From IMG/VR virus record IMGVR_UViG_3300020048_000018, positions 32,001 to 96,000 of that record: DNA of 64,000 nt, one strand, 5' to 3'. Shown here piece after piece: positions 9,328 to 19,746 of the stretch. The notes beneath the pieces were generated by a model. The model did no database searches, was not told the origin of the DNA, and worked only from the letters and a program-made list of their open reading frames with translations. Made by a program: the position numbers and the translations under genes. Numbering within the stretch: the stretch's first letter is position 1; each line of letters starts with the position of its first letter. This DNA is from a virus.

Positions 9328-10326
9328 ATGAAGTTTATTGAACCTTCTGTAGAAGAGATAACCTTTACGGAATATGGAAAGAAAATAGAATATGCAGGAC
9401 GTATATGCTATAAGTCTCAGGATAAAATTGAGGACTCTTCTCATATTTCATTTATTAACAGTATTGCTAAGAGGGGACATCTCTCGGTTATAGAACATGA
9501 GAAGTTTTCTCTCTTAGTAAAAATAAGGGTTTATACTGATATTAAGTTTATTTTTGAATCAAAAGAGTTTACTAATATGTTTTTTGATATATCTTTTCCA
9601 AGAAATGATAGAGATCATATTGTTATAACAGGAAATATACGGGCATGGAAAGAACTCCTTTCACAGGTTTTTGAAAATGAGCTATGTGTACAATTAACCT
9701 TTACAAAATACTTTGGGGCTATTTCTAATTTCTTGCATACGAGATATGGGGATTTATTTAATATAGTTTCTTTGGAACATGGATATAAATTAGAGGATTT
9801 TGCTTGTGAAGCAAAAGACTATTGGCTAATAGAAAACTTGAGTAAAGAAAATGTAATTAAACATATTTACAAAACGTTTCATATTACTACAGACAGGGCA
9901 GTTACTCATCAATTTGTGAGACATAGAAGAAACTCCTTTTCTCAAGAAAGTCAGAGGTATTGCAACTATACTATAGGTAAGTTTGATTCTTCAATTCGAT
10001 TTATCATACCCAGTGGATTTGAAGATGCAGTACAGTTATTAAAAGAAAATAATGCTTACAACTTATATACAACTAATTATCCAGACATTGAAGCAATAAA
10101 AGTTTTCTTTGATGCCTGTAAATATTCAGAAGATGCGTACTTTAAGTTAATAGATAAAAAGATTAAACCCGAGGTTGCCCGTTCTGTGCTTCCAAATTGT
10201 ACCGCAACTGAAATTATTTCTACGGCTAATATTGAACAGTGGAACAGATTTTTAGGTCTTAGATGCGATAGTCATGCACAGGCAGACATCAGAAAAATTG
10301 CAGAGATGATCAAAAGTTTAATTTAA
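9328..10326 (+). CDS. thyX: FAD-dependent thymidylate synthase
   Basis: IEYAGRICYKS, GHLSVIEH, RHRRNSFSQESQRY, EVARSVLP, HAQADIR. Confidence 0.93.
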   Translation: MKFIEPSVEEITFTEYGKKIEYAGRICYKSQDKIEDSSHISFINSIAKRGHLSVIEHEKFSLLVKIRVYTDIKFIFESKEFTNMFFDISFPRNDRDHIVITGNIRAWKELLSQVFENELCVQLTFTKYFGAISNFLHTRYGDLFNIVSLEHGYKLEDFACEAKDYWLIENLSKENVIKHIYKTFHITTDRAVTHQFVRHRRNSFSQESQRYCNYTIGKFDSSIRFIIPSGFEDAVQLLKENNAYNLYTTNYPDIEAIKVFFDACKYSEDAYFKLIDKKIKPEVARSVLPNCTATEIISTANIEQWNRFLGLRCDSHAQADIRKIAEMIKSLI

Positions 10327-10334
10327 TATTTATA

Positions 10335-10380
10335 AAAGTTTTGAACTTTTTGAAAATATTCTATATATTATATGTGTAAG
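10335..10380 (+). promoter_or_regulatory. Repeated promoter, copy 2
   Basis: TTGAAC-N17-TATATT with both palindromes. Confidence 0.85.
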
Positions 10381-10690
10381 GAGATAAAGAAATGAAATTA
10401 AAAGAACTTCAACTAGGGGATACTAATCTATACCTTCGTGGATTTGATCGTGACCAGAACGGAAACTCTATAATTCAACTTGCTTTTGATGGTGAACGGG
10501 GTTTCAGCATTCAGATCAATAACCCGGGGTTTTTCAAGTTCACATACCCCTGCCGTGGTTATGCTCTCAAGGAACTGTCTGAAGAACAGATTGCAGGTAT
10601 TTCAAGCGAGGTTATTTCTCATATAAAAAAATATGATAACTCCCGATCAGGTAAACTTATCGAGTATTAAAACTCGACCGATTTTCCAAT

Positions 10691-10717
10691 AAAAACTTGC
10701 AGAAATGCAAGTTTTTT
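10691..10717 (+). terminator. Rho-independent terminator
   Basis: AAAAACTTGCA-GAAA-TGCAAGTTTTTT. Confidence 0.8.
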
Positions 10718-10730
10718 CATTTTAAATGAT

Positions 10731-10776
10731 AAAGTTTTGAACTTTTCTAAAACTTCCTATATATTATATATGTAAG
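10731..10776 (+). promoter_or_regulatory. Repeated promoter, copy 3
   Basis: Same motif, 13 nt after terminator. Confidence 0.85.
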
Positions 10777-11796
10777 GAAAAGGTGGGTGTAATTATGGAC
10801 AAATACGAAGGAAAAGACAATTCAGGTAAGCCAAAAACAGAATACCTTGAAACTTTGAAGCTTATGTCAGAAGAAACCCTCATAAGGGAAACCAAGGACA
10901 AGATTTGGCTTTCTGCCTATGCGAACAATAACCCTCGGTCTGATTATCATTGGCATGTAGATGCCTGTTATGATGAACTTAAAACAAGAACCGGCAAGAC
11001 GGATCTTTATTCAATGTGCTACAAGAATGTAGTTAACGGAGTTTAAAAGGAGACTTAATATGGTACTATTAGCAATTCTTAAAAAGGTTGATGGAAAGTG
11101 GGATTTTAAGGTTTCTGAAAAAAACATGGTAGTTCCAGCGGGGGAAAAGCCTTGGGTCTCCCTTGGAGCTTTGACAGCTTCCTTTTTGGCTCCTTTAGGA
11201 ACAAACCCTAAGTACATGAAACATCGTTTGATTAATGCCATTGAAGAGGCTTTGGTTAAAGAGGCAGAACGCATCGAAGGTTTGGTTGAAGAACTCGAAG
11301 CTTTCGTGAAAAACCCTTCTTTTGTGGAAGACCCAAAAGACTACATGCCTGATACCAACAGCACCCTTCTACACTAAAAAACGATTATTGGAGGAATAGA
11401 ATGAATCTTGTTAAAATTTGTTGTAATTATAATGGGGTAACGGGCAAGTTAGACCTAACCGTGTATCAGTTACCCGAGTATACGGAAACAAAAAATAGTT
11501 ACACTTGGAAAGGAAAACGTATTGCAAAAGATCAGATTGGGGTTATAGACAGGATTTGTTATAATTCCTCACTGGAATCTCAATTCTATTATGTTTTTTC
11601 GCTTTCCTGTGAAACTGATATTTCCATGAATAAGTCCCTGATAAAGGAGTTTATGTTAAAGAAACTTCTTGGTATGATAAGTGACCAGAAAAAACTTATC
11701 CTAACAGCAGAAACTCTTCTGAGTAATCCTGTTTGGAAGGAAACTGAACGTCCCTATGATTATTAGCTAAATACTTTAAGTTAAAAGGAAAATAAC

Positions 11797-12279
11797 ATGG
11801 AAATGAAATATGACGGATACTACAAAAAAGAGATTCCCTATAAGATGACTCTTGAAGAACTTTTTGAGAGATCAACAATAAAAGAGGATTATTTCTATAT
11901 GTGTCATGAGGATATTTTAGCCTATATTCGGGAAAGGGGTGAAAACTTCACCTGTATGGCACATGCAACCGTCCCCGAAAATATGATGCACCTCCCTTTT
12001 GGTATGGGATGTATCTCCTCGGGGGAAAAAGAACTGGTGCCATGTCGCATAGTTTTATCTGATGACGAACTCTACAATCCTCTGCATGAAGGTAATGATA
12101 CCTTCCACAAAAACCATTGGCATCACCCTTACAAAATAAAATTCACCCCGATTGAATTTAAGGGTTGTATTGAGAGAATGTATGTATCAGATTTCTGTGG
12201 TCATATTCAAAAGGGCTACATTATTCTCACAGAACTTGATATTCCTGATTCTGCACGATTTCCAGAAGAATCCGCATAA
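11797..12279 (+). CDS. Hypothetical protein
   Basis: 160-aa ORF with SD. Confidence 0.7.
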   Translation: MEMKYDGYYKKEIPYKMTLEELFERSTIKEDYFYMCHEDILAYIRERGENFTCMAHATVPENMMHLPFGMGCISSGEKELVPCRIVLSDDELYNPLHEGNDTFHKNHWHHPYKIKFTPIEFKGCIERMYVSDFCGHIQKGYIILTELDIPDSARFPEESA

Positions 12280-12318
12280 AGTTTTGAACTTTTTCAGAAT
12301 CTCCTATATATTATATAG
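12278..12318 (+). promoter_or_regulatory. Repeated promoter, copy 4
   Basis: Same motif, overlapping upstream stop codon. Confidence 0.85.
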
Positions 12319-12338
12319 GTAAGATAAAGGAGTCCTAA

Positions 12339-12755
12339 ATGACAGTTTTACAGGGAATCGCTCAAAATGTGGAAGATATTTCACTGGTGGTTTCCAAAAA
12401 TATTTCCTCAGCAAGATTAGCCGTAGTTGAGTATATCGAATCGGATATTCTCCCCAGTGGTTCAGGTTTTGATAATGGAACCAAGATTGATTGGGAAAGG
12501 AGTACTTCCGAAAAAGTTGTCCTTACCTTTGGATTTCATCACATGGACGAGATGGGAGGATACACGGGATGGACTCAGCATACTGCTATCATAACTCCAT
12601 CATTGTGTTTCGATTATCATCTCAAGATCACCTGTGGAAAGCTTCCAAAAAATAAAAAGTACATCCTTGAAGAGTTTCATGACACTCTACGAGAAGTTCT
12701 TTCCTCTGAACTTGATGGAACCAAAATTGGGGACATTTTCAGGAGTTACCAATAA
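12339..12755 (+). CDS. Hypothetical phage protein
   Basis: SD AAGGAG directly after promoter; LPSGSGFDNG segment. Confidence 0.75.
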   Translation: MTVLQGIAQNVEDISLVVSKNISSARLAVVEYIESDILPSGSGFDNGTKIDWERSTSEKVVLTFGFHHMDEMGGYTGWTQHTAIITPSLCFDYHLKITCGKLPKNKKYILEEFHDTLREVLSSELDGTKIGDIFRSYQ

Positions 12756-13366
12756 TGTCGGATAACTACAGGATTGTTGGAGAATTGGTTATCAATCAAC
12801 GTGATGACGTTGTGGCTAAATTTATTCTCAATCCTTTGGGAGAAAAAGCCAGAAGGGATGAAAGTTTCAATGACCTTTCAACATTGATAGGAAGTTTTTC
12901 TGTTGATACCCTCTATGATATTATTCATAACTTTGTAAGGGTTTGTGAAAAAACTTCCGAGTACGACAAAACAGGTCAGTCCTATTACAGGGCAAAAAAC
13001 TGGTTGAAAGAATATGACCAGTCCCATGAACTCAGTTGCTATTCAACGGATGACAATGAGGATGAAGACGAAACTGATTACACCGGACTCCCCATCCTAA
13101 CCAGTAGCTTTTTGGATAACTTCATGGAAGCCCCAGAAGCCTTGATACTGGTAGAAGATGGACACACCTATGTTTGTAACAACGGAAGCATTTTCATCGT
13201 TGAAAAAACAAAGAATCAGTCCCTTCAATACAAGTTCAAGGTAAAGACCTCCATCAATTGTTCAAATGATACTGAAGTGTGGGACATCCACGGGAAAGCA
13301 TATCATGATGATTGTGGATACAACTTTGTAAGAGAAATCATACAGAGGGAAGAGGATCTTGGATGA
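12755..13366 (+). CDS. Hypothetical protein
   Basis: TAATG coupling to previous ORF. Confidence 0.7.
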   Translation: MSDNYRIVGELVINQRDDVVAKFILNPLGEKARRDESFNDLSTLIGSFSVDTLYDIIHNFVRVCEKTSEYDKTGQSYYRAKNWLKEYDQSHELSCYSTDDNEDEDETDYTGLPILTSSFLDNFMEAPEALILVEDGHTYVCNNGSIFIVEKTKNQSLQYKFKVKTSINCSNDTEVWDIHGKAYHDDCGYNFVREIIQREEDLG

Positions 13367-14433
13367 AAAAGAATTATTGTACAAAGTGTTTGCCAAAGAA
13401 AGTTGAAATGGTTAAAACCCAAACTTCAAAAAAGTATGACTTCATGGCAGACTGGGTTCAGTATGTTTACACCTGTCCTAAATGTGGACACAGCTTTGAG
13501 AGAAATAAATAGGAAGGTTTGAAAATGAAATGTCCTAAATGTGATGAAAATACTACCCTTGGAATTTCGGAATGCCCTCATTGTGGTTGGTCTTTTGATT
13601 TAGATAATACTTGGAACGAGGATGACTTTGTTAGAGAAGACATCGATTCTCTTAATGAGAAATTGGGATGATTTTCTTACAAGCTTTCAGTGGTCTTATT
13701 GGAATACTTTTAGGGTGTTTCCTTGTTACATTTATGCTCCTTCTCATAAAGAATCGAGTTATTTTACTTATTATTAATGGAACAGTAATCCTTGCAATTA
13801 TACTGTGGTGTACCTATTATCTTAATAAATATGGGGTGTTCTAATGAAAGATAAAAAAAGATCTATTATGAATTGGTACAACAGGTACAGGGGTATTAAG
13901 TCTGGACAAAAATTATTTTACGTGTATTCCTTGGACAGACTATCTTTAGCTAGTTCCCTCTCTCAGTTAAAGTTGAAAACAAGGGGACATGAAAACAACT
14001 CGGTAGAGGTAAAGTCTATTTTTAATAAACTTGTGTTTATTATCTGGAATAAAGTAGTTATGGTTCTTCCTTCCGAAGCATCCAATACTTGTGTTCTTAA
14101 TAGTTAGGGAGTAAGGAAAAATGAAAGCAACAATGGAAAATTATGCAGGAAGAAAAGTAATCCACTTAGTAGCGGAAACTCCTGAGGAACAATTGGAGCT
14201 TAATTCCTTTGAGGTACTAACCAATAATGGGTTTGAGGTTTTTGACCGAAATGGGGTTTTGTATACAGGATTAAATGCAATTCGTCTTAACGGTGTTAGT
14301 ATTTCTGATTCAAGTCATTGCTCATCCCTTTGCATTGAATCTGTTACTGACAGTGAATCAAAACAGGCTATTTATACAAAGAGCCTAGAAATAAAACTGA
14401 AATCCAAGAAGTGGTATCAGTTCTGGAGAAAAA

Positions 14434-15024
14434 ATGAAATCTTTTGACACTATCCTTTCGGCTATCCTTGCTTCGGCAGGATTTCTTTTTTCCTTGATTC
14501 TTTTCGAGTTTGGGATAATTGCTTCTGTGATAATTGGAGGTTTGTTTTTTGTAGCAGGTTATTTCCTGTTCGAGGCAAAAACCAAAATTGAAGAGGACAA
14601 AGAGTTTGCAATGGAAGAAGCCTTGAAAATGGGGAACTCAAAGCTCTCAGAAATCAAGTCCTTGGGCAAAGCAATTAAACAGCAAAATCTTAAAGAAAAG
14701 ATCACAAAGATTTGTGAAATTACGGAAAAGATTCTTGCGGAGGTGAAACGAGACCCCTCAGACTTGAAACGAGCAAAACAGTTTCTTAACTATTATCTTG
14801 ATTCTACAATAAAGATAGTTAGCACCTATGTTAAGTTGGCAACCACTGAGGTTAACGACAAAAGCATAAAGGACTACATGGTTAAGATTGAAACCATGCT
14901 TGATACTTTGGCACAAGCTTTTGATAAGCAACTTGCAATGCTTCTTTCAAATGACGTTATGGATTTGGATGTAGAGCTTTCCCTTCTTGAGTCTATGATT
15001 AAATCAGAAAACTTGGGAAATTAG
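14434..15024 (+). CDS. XpaC-like (5-bromo-4-chloroindolyl phosphate hydrolysis family) membrane protein
   Basis: N-terminal TM hairpin; FLNYYLDSTIKIVSTY, LDVELSLL; sits directly upstream of telA. Confidence 0.82.
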   Translation: MKSFDTILSAILASAGFLFSLILFEFGIIASVIIGGLFFVAGYFLFEAKTKIEEDKEFAMEEALKMGNSKLSEIKSLGKAIKQQNLKEKITKICEITEKILAEVKRDPSDLKRAKQFLNYYLDSTIKIVSTYVKLATTEVNDKSIKDYMVKIETMLDTLAQAFDKQLAMLLSNDVMDLDVELSLLESMIKSENLGN

Positions 15025-15063
15025 CTTAAAATATTTTTAGAGAAAAATAACTAAGGAGTTATC

Positions 15064-16104
15064 ATGAACGAATTGAGTTTGGCAAATCCAACTACGGTAG
15101 ATTTGGTTAAAGCCAAAAGTGTTGCTGACGGAATATCAAGCACCGATTCTCAGGCACTAATAATGTATGGTGTTAGCGCACAAACAAAGATTTCGGGATT
15201 TGCAGACACCATGCTTACCCAGATTCGTAACAAAGATTCTGGTACGGTAGGGGAATCCCTTACTGACTTGATGTTCAAAATCAAGGATGTAAAGGTTGAT
15301 ACTCTTACTTCTGGAAAGCAGGGATTTATAGCTGGTCTTATGAACAGCGTAACTCGCTTCATGGCTCGATATGAAAAAATTGAAAGCCAGATGGAAAAGA
15401 TTATTGACGAACTGTCAAAATCAAAGATGAACATGAGTCGGGACATTGTTATGCTCGACCAGCTATATGCAAAGAATTTGGAATACCTCGGAGACCTTGA
15501 CCTTTTCATTGTGGGTGGACAGATGAAGATTGATGAGCTAAAAGCCACAGTACTCATCGAACTTGAGGAATTGGTAAAAACATCAACAGACCCTTCCGAC
15601 ACTCAGAAGCTGAATGACTTCAATCAGTTCCTGAACCGCTTCGAGAAAAAGATTTACGACCTCAAGTTGTCTCGGATGATTTCCATCCAGTCGGCACCCC
15701 AGATTCGTCTTATCCAGAACAATGACATTGCTCTGGTAGATAAGATTCAGAGTTCAATCATGACTACTATCCCACTGTGGAAGAGTCAGATTGTTATCGC
15801 AATCTCCCTGCTTCGCCAGAAAAATGCTCTGGGTGTACAGAAAGCCGTTACCGATGCCACCAATGACCTTCTCACCAAAAACTCTGACATGCTCAAGCAA
15901 GGAACAATTGCAGTAGCAACGGAAATGGAACGAGGGATTGTTGAAATCGAAACCTTGAAAAAAGTCAATGATGACCTTATTGCTACCATTGATGAAACCA
16001 TCCGTATCCAGACCGAAGGAAAGGCAAAGCGTCTTGCCGCAGAAACAGAATTGGTTAAGCTTGAAGCTGACCTTAAAACAAAACTTTTGAGTGTTAAAGC
16101 TTAA
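15064..16104 (+). CDS. telA: Toxic anion resistance protein TelA/KlaA family
   Basis: MYGVSAQ, LEKKIYDL-like RFEKKIYDLKLSR, QSAPQIRLIQNND, TTIPLWKSQI, ERGIVEIETLK. Confidence 0.9.
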   Translation: MNELSLANPTTVDLVKAKSVADGISSTDSQALIMYGVSAQTKISGFADTMLTQIRNKDSGTVGESLTDLMFKIKDVKVDTLTSGKQGFIAGLMNSVTRFMARYEKIESQMEKIIDELSKSKMNMSRDIVMLDQLYAKNLEYLGDLDLFIVGGQMKIDELKATVLIELEELVKTSTDPSDTQKLNDFNQFLNRFEKKIYDLKLSRMISIQSAPQIRLIQNNDIALVDKIQSSIMTTIPLWKSQIVIAISLLRQKNALGVQKAVTDATNDLLTKNSDMLKQGTIAVATEMERGIVEIETLKKVNDDLIATIDETIRIQTEGKAKRLAAETELVKLEADLKTKLLSVKA

Positions 16105-16123
16105 AGTTTAAGGGAGTACTTTT

Positions 16124-16249
16124 ATGAAATACTTAGGAAAAGGAATTGTAATTTTTGCTTTTCTGTACATGATTCTAATAACTGTACTGTTTACAGACGA
16201 AATAAGAAATCGTGTGGGTACTCTTTTAAGTACTCTCTTTATCGCATAA
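16124..16249 (+). CDS. Small single-TM peptide (41 aa, not in ORF track)
   Basis: SD GGGAG; MKYLGKGIVIFAFLYMILITVLF... Confidence 0.5.
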   Translation: MKYLGKGIVIFAFLYMILITVLFTDEIRNRVGTLLSTLFIA

Positions 16250-16265
16250 TTTTGGAGGTATTAGT

Positions 16266-17924
16266 ATGAAACGTATTTTTATTGGAATTGCAATCGTAGT
16301 TGTTGCACTTGGACTGGGAATTGGTTACAAGATGACCTTGGGGGGAACTTCAACTTCCACATCGGCAAAAAAAGATGCAGGCGGTTACACCTTCGCAAAA
16401 GCTGAACCCCTTACCGTTACAGGGGTTGGTGGCTACCAGCTTTCCTCCGTAGACCTTGGTGATGGACAGGTTCCCCTCATTCAGATTCCTCTGGACACAT
16501 GGGGTGGATACGCTTCTCTGTTTGCGGCAAACGGAGGTTCAAAGCCCAACAAGGATTCACTCTTTTACAAGAAGGGTAAATTTGCAGTAGAACTTATTAA
16601 TGAGGAAAGTGCTTCTGCACAGCTCTCAGGATATTCCTCTGGTCGCTATCCTATTATTTGGGCACCCATGGACAGCCTTCCCCTTTTGTTTGATGCATTT
16701 CGTTCCGACAAGCGCATTGCTCCAAAAGTGCTTGGACTCTTTGATTGGTCTTCTGGTGGGGATGGTATTATCGTTCGTAACTCAATCAAGAATCCTGCGG
16801 ATCTCAAAGGTAAGATTGTACTCACATCGAGCAATACTCCTTACAGCTTCCTTCTTCTCTGGTACTTGTCGCAGGTAGGTCTTGCTGGGACGGACGTAAA
16901 GGTTGTATGGGTGGACGATGGTGACAAAGCCTTGAAGATGTTCAAGGAAGATGAAAATATTTCAGCTTGGGTTTCATGGACACCTTACATTAATGATGTG
17001 GTGAACTCTACCTCAGAAAGTCATATTCCAAATACCCGTCTCCTTATTTCTTCCAAGGATGCAAATCAGCTTATCGCTGATACGTTCATCGTTCGGAATG
17101 ACCTTTTTCAGGACAAGCCTGATATGATGGTTGCTTTTGTTGAAGCAGTAGTTGAAGGTACTCAGATGATTGATACTACCACCTACAATGCCATGGCAAC
17201 TTTTTATAAACTGAAAAGTGCTGGGGAAGCAAAAGCAATGCTTGATGATGTTCATCTTGCAAACTTTACAGAAATGAAAATGTTCTTCGAGGATACAAAC
17301 CCTATTGGTGCTTACAAAGTATTTCTTCTCTCACAGGAATACTACAAGCAGATGGGTGTTATTGCTCCTGCAAACTCTTATGACCCTGAGCGTGTTCTTA
17401 CAAATACAATCATGGCTAAGATTGATGCAACTGGTGCTTACAAGAACCAGAAGAATATGATGATTGACTCTTTCAACAAAAAAGCCGCATTTGATATTTC
17501 TGACCTTGAAAATCAGCGTGTTGTTTTGACGAATGATGTTAAATTGTTCTTTGAAGCCCAGAAGCTTGAGTTTGACCTTAACTCGGGCACCCCAGAAATG
17601 ATTGAAAATAAAAGAATGCTGAACACCGTTTCTGAGCAGACAAAGTTCCTTGCTACCACCGTAGTAAAACTTATCGGACATCTCGATACTGCAAAAGTTG
17701 AGGAGTTCAAGTCAGCAGGAAATCAGAAGTTTATTGAAGCTTCCGCTCAGGCTAAATTGGTATCCAAGAAACGTGCAGAGTATGTCAAAAAACTTCTTGT
17801 AGAAACATATGGTGTTGACCCTGAACGTATCATTACTGAAGGTCGTGGATGGAGTGATCCAATTGAAGGTGGTGAGCCAGAAGCAAACCGCCGAGTAGTA
17901 GTCCAGTTTATTTCATTGGAGTAG
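16266..17924 (+). CDS. NMT1/SsuA-type substrate-binding domain fused to C-terminal OmpA-like domain
   Basis: Signal anchor; LDTWGGY, DWSSGGDGII, DLKGK; C-terminal KKRAEYVKKLL...ERIITEGRG...NRRV. Confidence 0.8.
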   Translation: MKRIFIGIAIVVVALGLGIGYKMTLGGTSTSTSAKKDAGGYTFAKAEPLTVTGVGGYQLSSVDLGDGQVPLIQIPLDTWGGYASLFAANGGSKPNKDSLFYKKGKFAVELINEESASAQLSGYSSGRYPIIWAPMDSLPLLFDAFRSDKRIAPKVLGLFDWSSGGDGIIVRNSIKNPADLKGKIVLTSSNTPYSFLLLWYLSQVGLAGTDVKVVWVDDGDKALKMFKEDENISAWVSWTPYINDVVNSTSESHIPNTRLLISSKDANQLIADTFIVRNDLFQDKPDMMVAFVEAVVEGTQMIDTTTYNAMATFYKLKSAGEAKAMLDDVHLANFTEMKMFFEDTNPIGAYKVFLLSQEYYKQMGVIAPANSYDPERVLTNTIMAKIDATGAYKNQKNMMIDSFNKKAAFDISDLENQRVVLTNDVKLFFEAQKLEFDLNSGTPEMIENKRMLNTVSEQTKFLATTVVKLIGHLDTAKVEEFKSAGNQKFIEASAQAKLVSKKRAEYVKKLLVETYGVDPERIITEGRGWSDPIEGGEPEANRRVVVQFISLE

Positions 17925-17927
17925 CAC

Positions 17928-18731
17928 TTGAAAAAAATATTTTTCATTCTTCTTGCAATGCTTTTGGTTGTTGGTTGTGAAAAAGCCCCGTCAGGGGTTT
18001 CCACAGGGACTTCTATTAAGGCAGTAAAAGTAAAGAAAGCCGGTTATGAGCTTCAGTTTTCTGACTCATTTAATGTAGGTATGAACCGAGTAGATGACTT
18101 CGGGATTTCGGTATCCCTCATTGTGGATGTTTCTGGTTCAATGAATGAATCTCCCAGAAGTGGAGGAAACAAAAAGTCTATCCAAGCTACTGATGCTTTG
18201 TTGACGATCATTGAATATATTGAGTCCATTTCAGAAAAACAGAAAGACCTGAAAATAAATGTTTCAGTTCTTAAGTTTGGAAGCTATGTAAACGAGGTGT
18301 ATCCTCTTACTACAATGACAAAAGAAGAGTTCCTTAAACTTAAGGGTTTGTGTACGTATAAGATGTTCGCCCCTTCAGATGGTACTGCAATTGGTAAAGC
18401 CTTGGAAAAAGGTAGTGAGGTTCTTGCTCAGTCAGGAACCATACTAAACAGTATGATACTTATTTCTGATGGTGAAAACTCCGTAGGGATTTCTCCTGAA
18501 CCCGTACTTCAAGGAATCTATGCAGATAATAACAATAAGAGTACCCCTGATTTTGTGGTTAATACTTCAACTCAGCTTATTAGCTTTATAGGTTTCGATG
18601 TAGGGTCAAATGTGTTCGACGGTATCAAACAATATGGTGCAAGAGTAAGTTCCGCAGGGAATCAGATAGAGCTTGAAGAAAGCCTCAAGGCATTGCTCGA
18701 AGCCGATATAACAAAACTCGAAAGCAACTAG
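17928..18731 (+). CDS. vWA-domain lipoprotein
   Basis: Lipobox LLVVGC; MIDAS DVSGS, GTAIG, ISDGEN. Confidence 0.85.
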   Translation: MKKIFFILLAMLLVVGCEKAPSGVSTGTSIKAVKVKKAGYELQFSDSFNVGMNRVDDFGISVSLIVDVSGSMNESPRSGGNKKSIQATDALLTIIEYIESISEKQKDLKINVSVLKFGSYVNEVYPLTTMTKEEFLKLKGLCTYKMFAPSDGTAIGKALEKGSEVLAQSGTILNSMILISDGENSVGISPEPVLQGIYADNNNKSTPDFVVNTSTQLISFIGFDVGSNVFDGIKQYGARVSSAGNQIELEESLKALLEADITKLESN

Positions 18732-18821
18732 CTTTCTTGTGAGTCCCTATTCCAGATTTGGCTGGCATCAATCTTTCGAGGGATTGGTGGGGTATAAACT
18801 TTAAGATTAAAGGAAAATAAT

Positions 18822-19442
18822 ATGGGAAGAAACTCTTACTATGGACATCAAAGAAGTGGAATGAAAAGGAAGTACTGGATTATAATTGCTGTTTCATTAA
18901 TAACTATTTGTACTCTTTCCTTTCTTGGGTTTCATACAACAGAGGGGAAATTGGCGGTTGTTTCAAAAAATTGGAATAGAACAATTGTAATTCAAAAATA
19001 TGATTGGGTTCATTATTCTCGTGAAAGTTCATTTGTACCGGATGGTGCAATTAATGTCCGTAAATGGACTGAAAGGGAAGTATCCCATTATACCGACTCA
19101 AATGGAAAAAGAAAATCAAGAACACACTATAATAATCATGTGTCTTATGATGTTCAGGAATGGTGCTTTTCTAGGGAAGTTTCTTCATCAGGTACACAAG
19201 ATACAGACCCATTTTGGGGAGCCTATATTTTGGCTAAAAATCCTCCCGAAAGAGAGGGGATAAAAGAACAGAAATACACAATCAACTTTCAACTGCAAGA
19301 AAGTATAAAAACAAAGGTTTATAAAACCAAGTCTTTCGAGGAGTATTCTTCTTTAAGCCTTGATAGGAATTATGTTTGCTCTATCAATGGATTTGGTTTT
19401 ATTACCAAAGTAAAAGATTTGTCTTTTGAGTGGAAGTACTAA
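18822..19442 (+). CDS. Membrane-anchored hypothetical protein
   Basis: N-terminal TM segment, SD AAGGA. Confidence 0.7.
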   Translation: MGRNSYYGHQRSGMKRKYWIIIAVSLITICTLSFLGFHTTEGKLAVVSKNWNRTIVIQKYDWVHYSRESSFVPDGAINVRKWTEREVSHYTDSNGKRKSRTHYNNHVSYDVQEWCFSREVSSSGTQDTDPFWGAYILAKNPPEREGIKEQKYTINFQLQESIKTKVYKTKSFEEYSSLSLDRNYVCSINGFGFITKVKDLSFEWKY

Positions 19443-19703
19443 ATGAAACATATTTTAGTTATCTGTATATTTTGTCTTCTGTTTGTTTCCTGTGAAAAAC
19501 GTACCCCTGATGAGTTAGTAGGCACCTATGTGTATACCTATGGAAAACCTGCTGAGGTGCATATGTATAAGGGATCTTGGGAATCTAAGGAATACATCTT
19601 TTATAAGGATGGTACAAAGGTTTCTATAACCTACCAAAAAGGCTTGAGAGGTTGGTATGTTCATGAGCTTGATATTGTGAACAATTATTATATAGAAAGG
19701 TAG
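19443..19703 (+). CDS. Small lipoprotein
   Basis: MKHILVICIFCLLFVSC lipobox. Confidence 0.65.
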   Translation: MKHILVICIFCLLFVSCEKRTPDELVGTYVYTYGKPAEVHMYKGSWESKEYIFYKDGTKVSITYQKGLRGWYVHELDIVNNYYIER

Positions 19704-19705
19704 AG

Positions 19706-19746
19706 AAAGTTTTGAACTTTTCCTTAAACTCCTATATATTATATAG
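19706..19746 (+). promoter_or_regulatory. Repeated promoter, copy 5
   Basis: Same motif. Confidence 0.85.
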
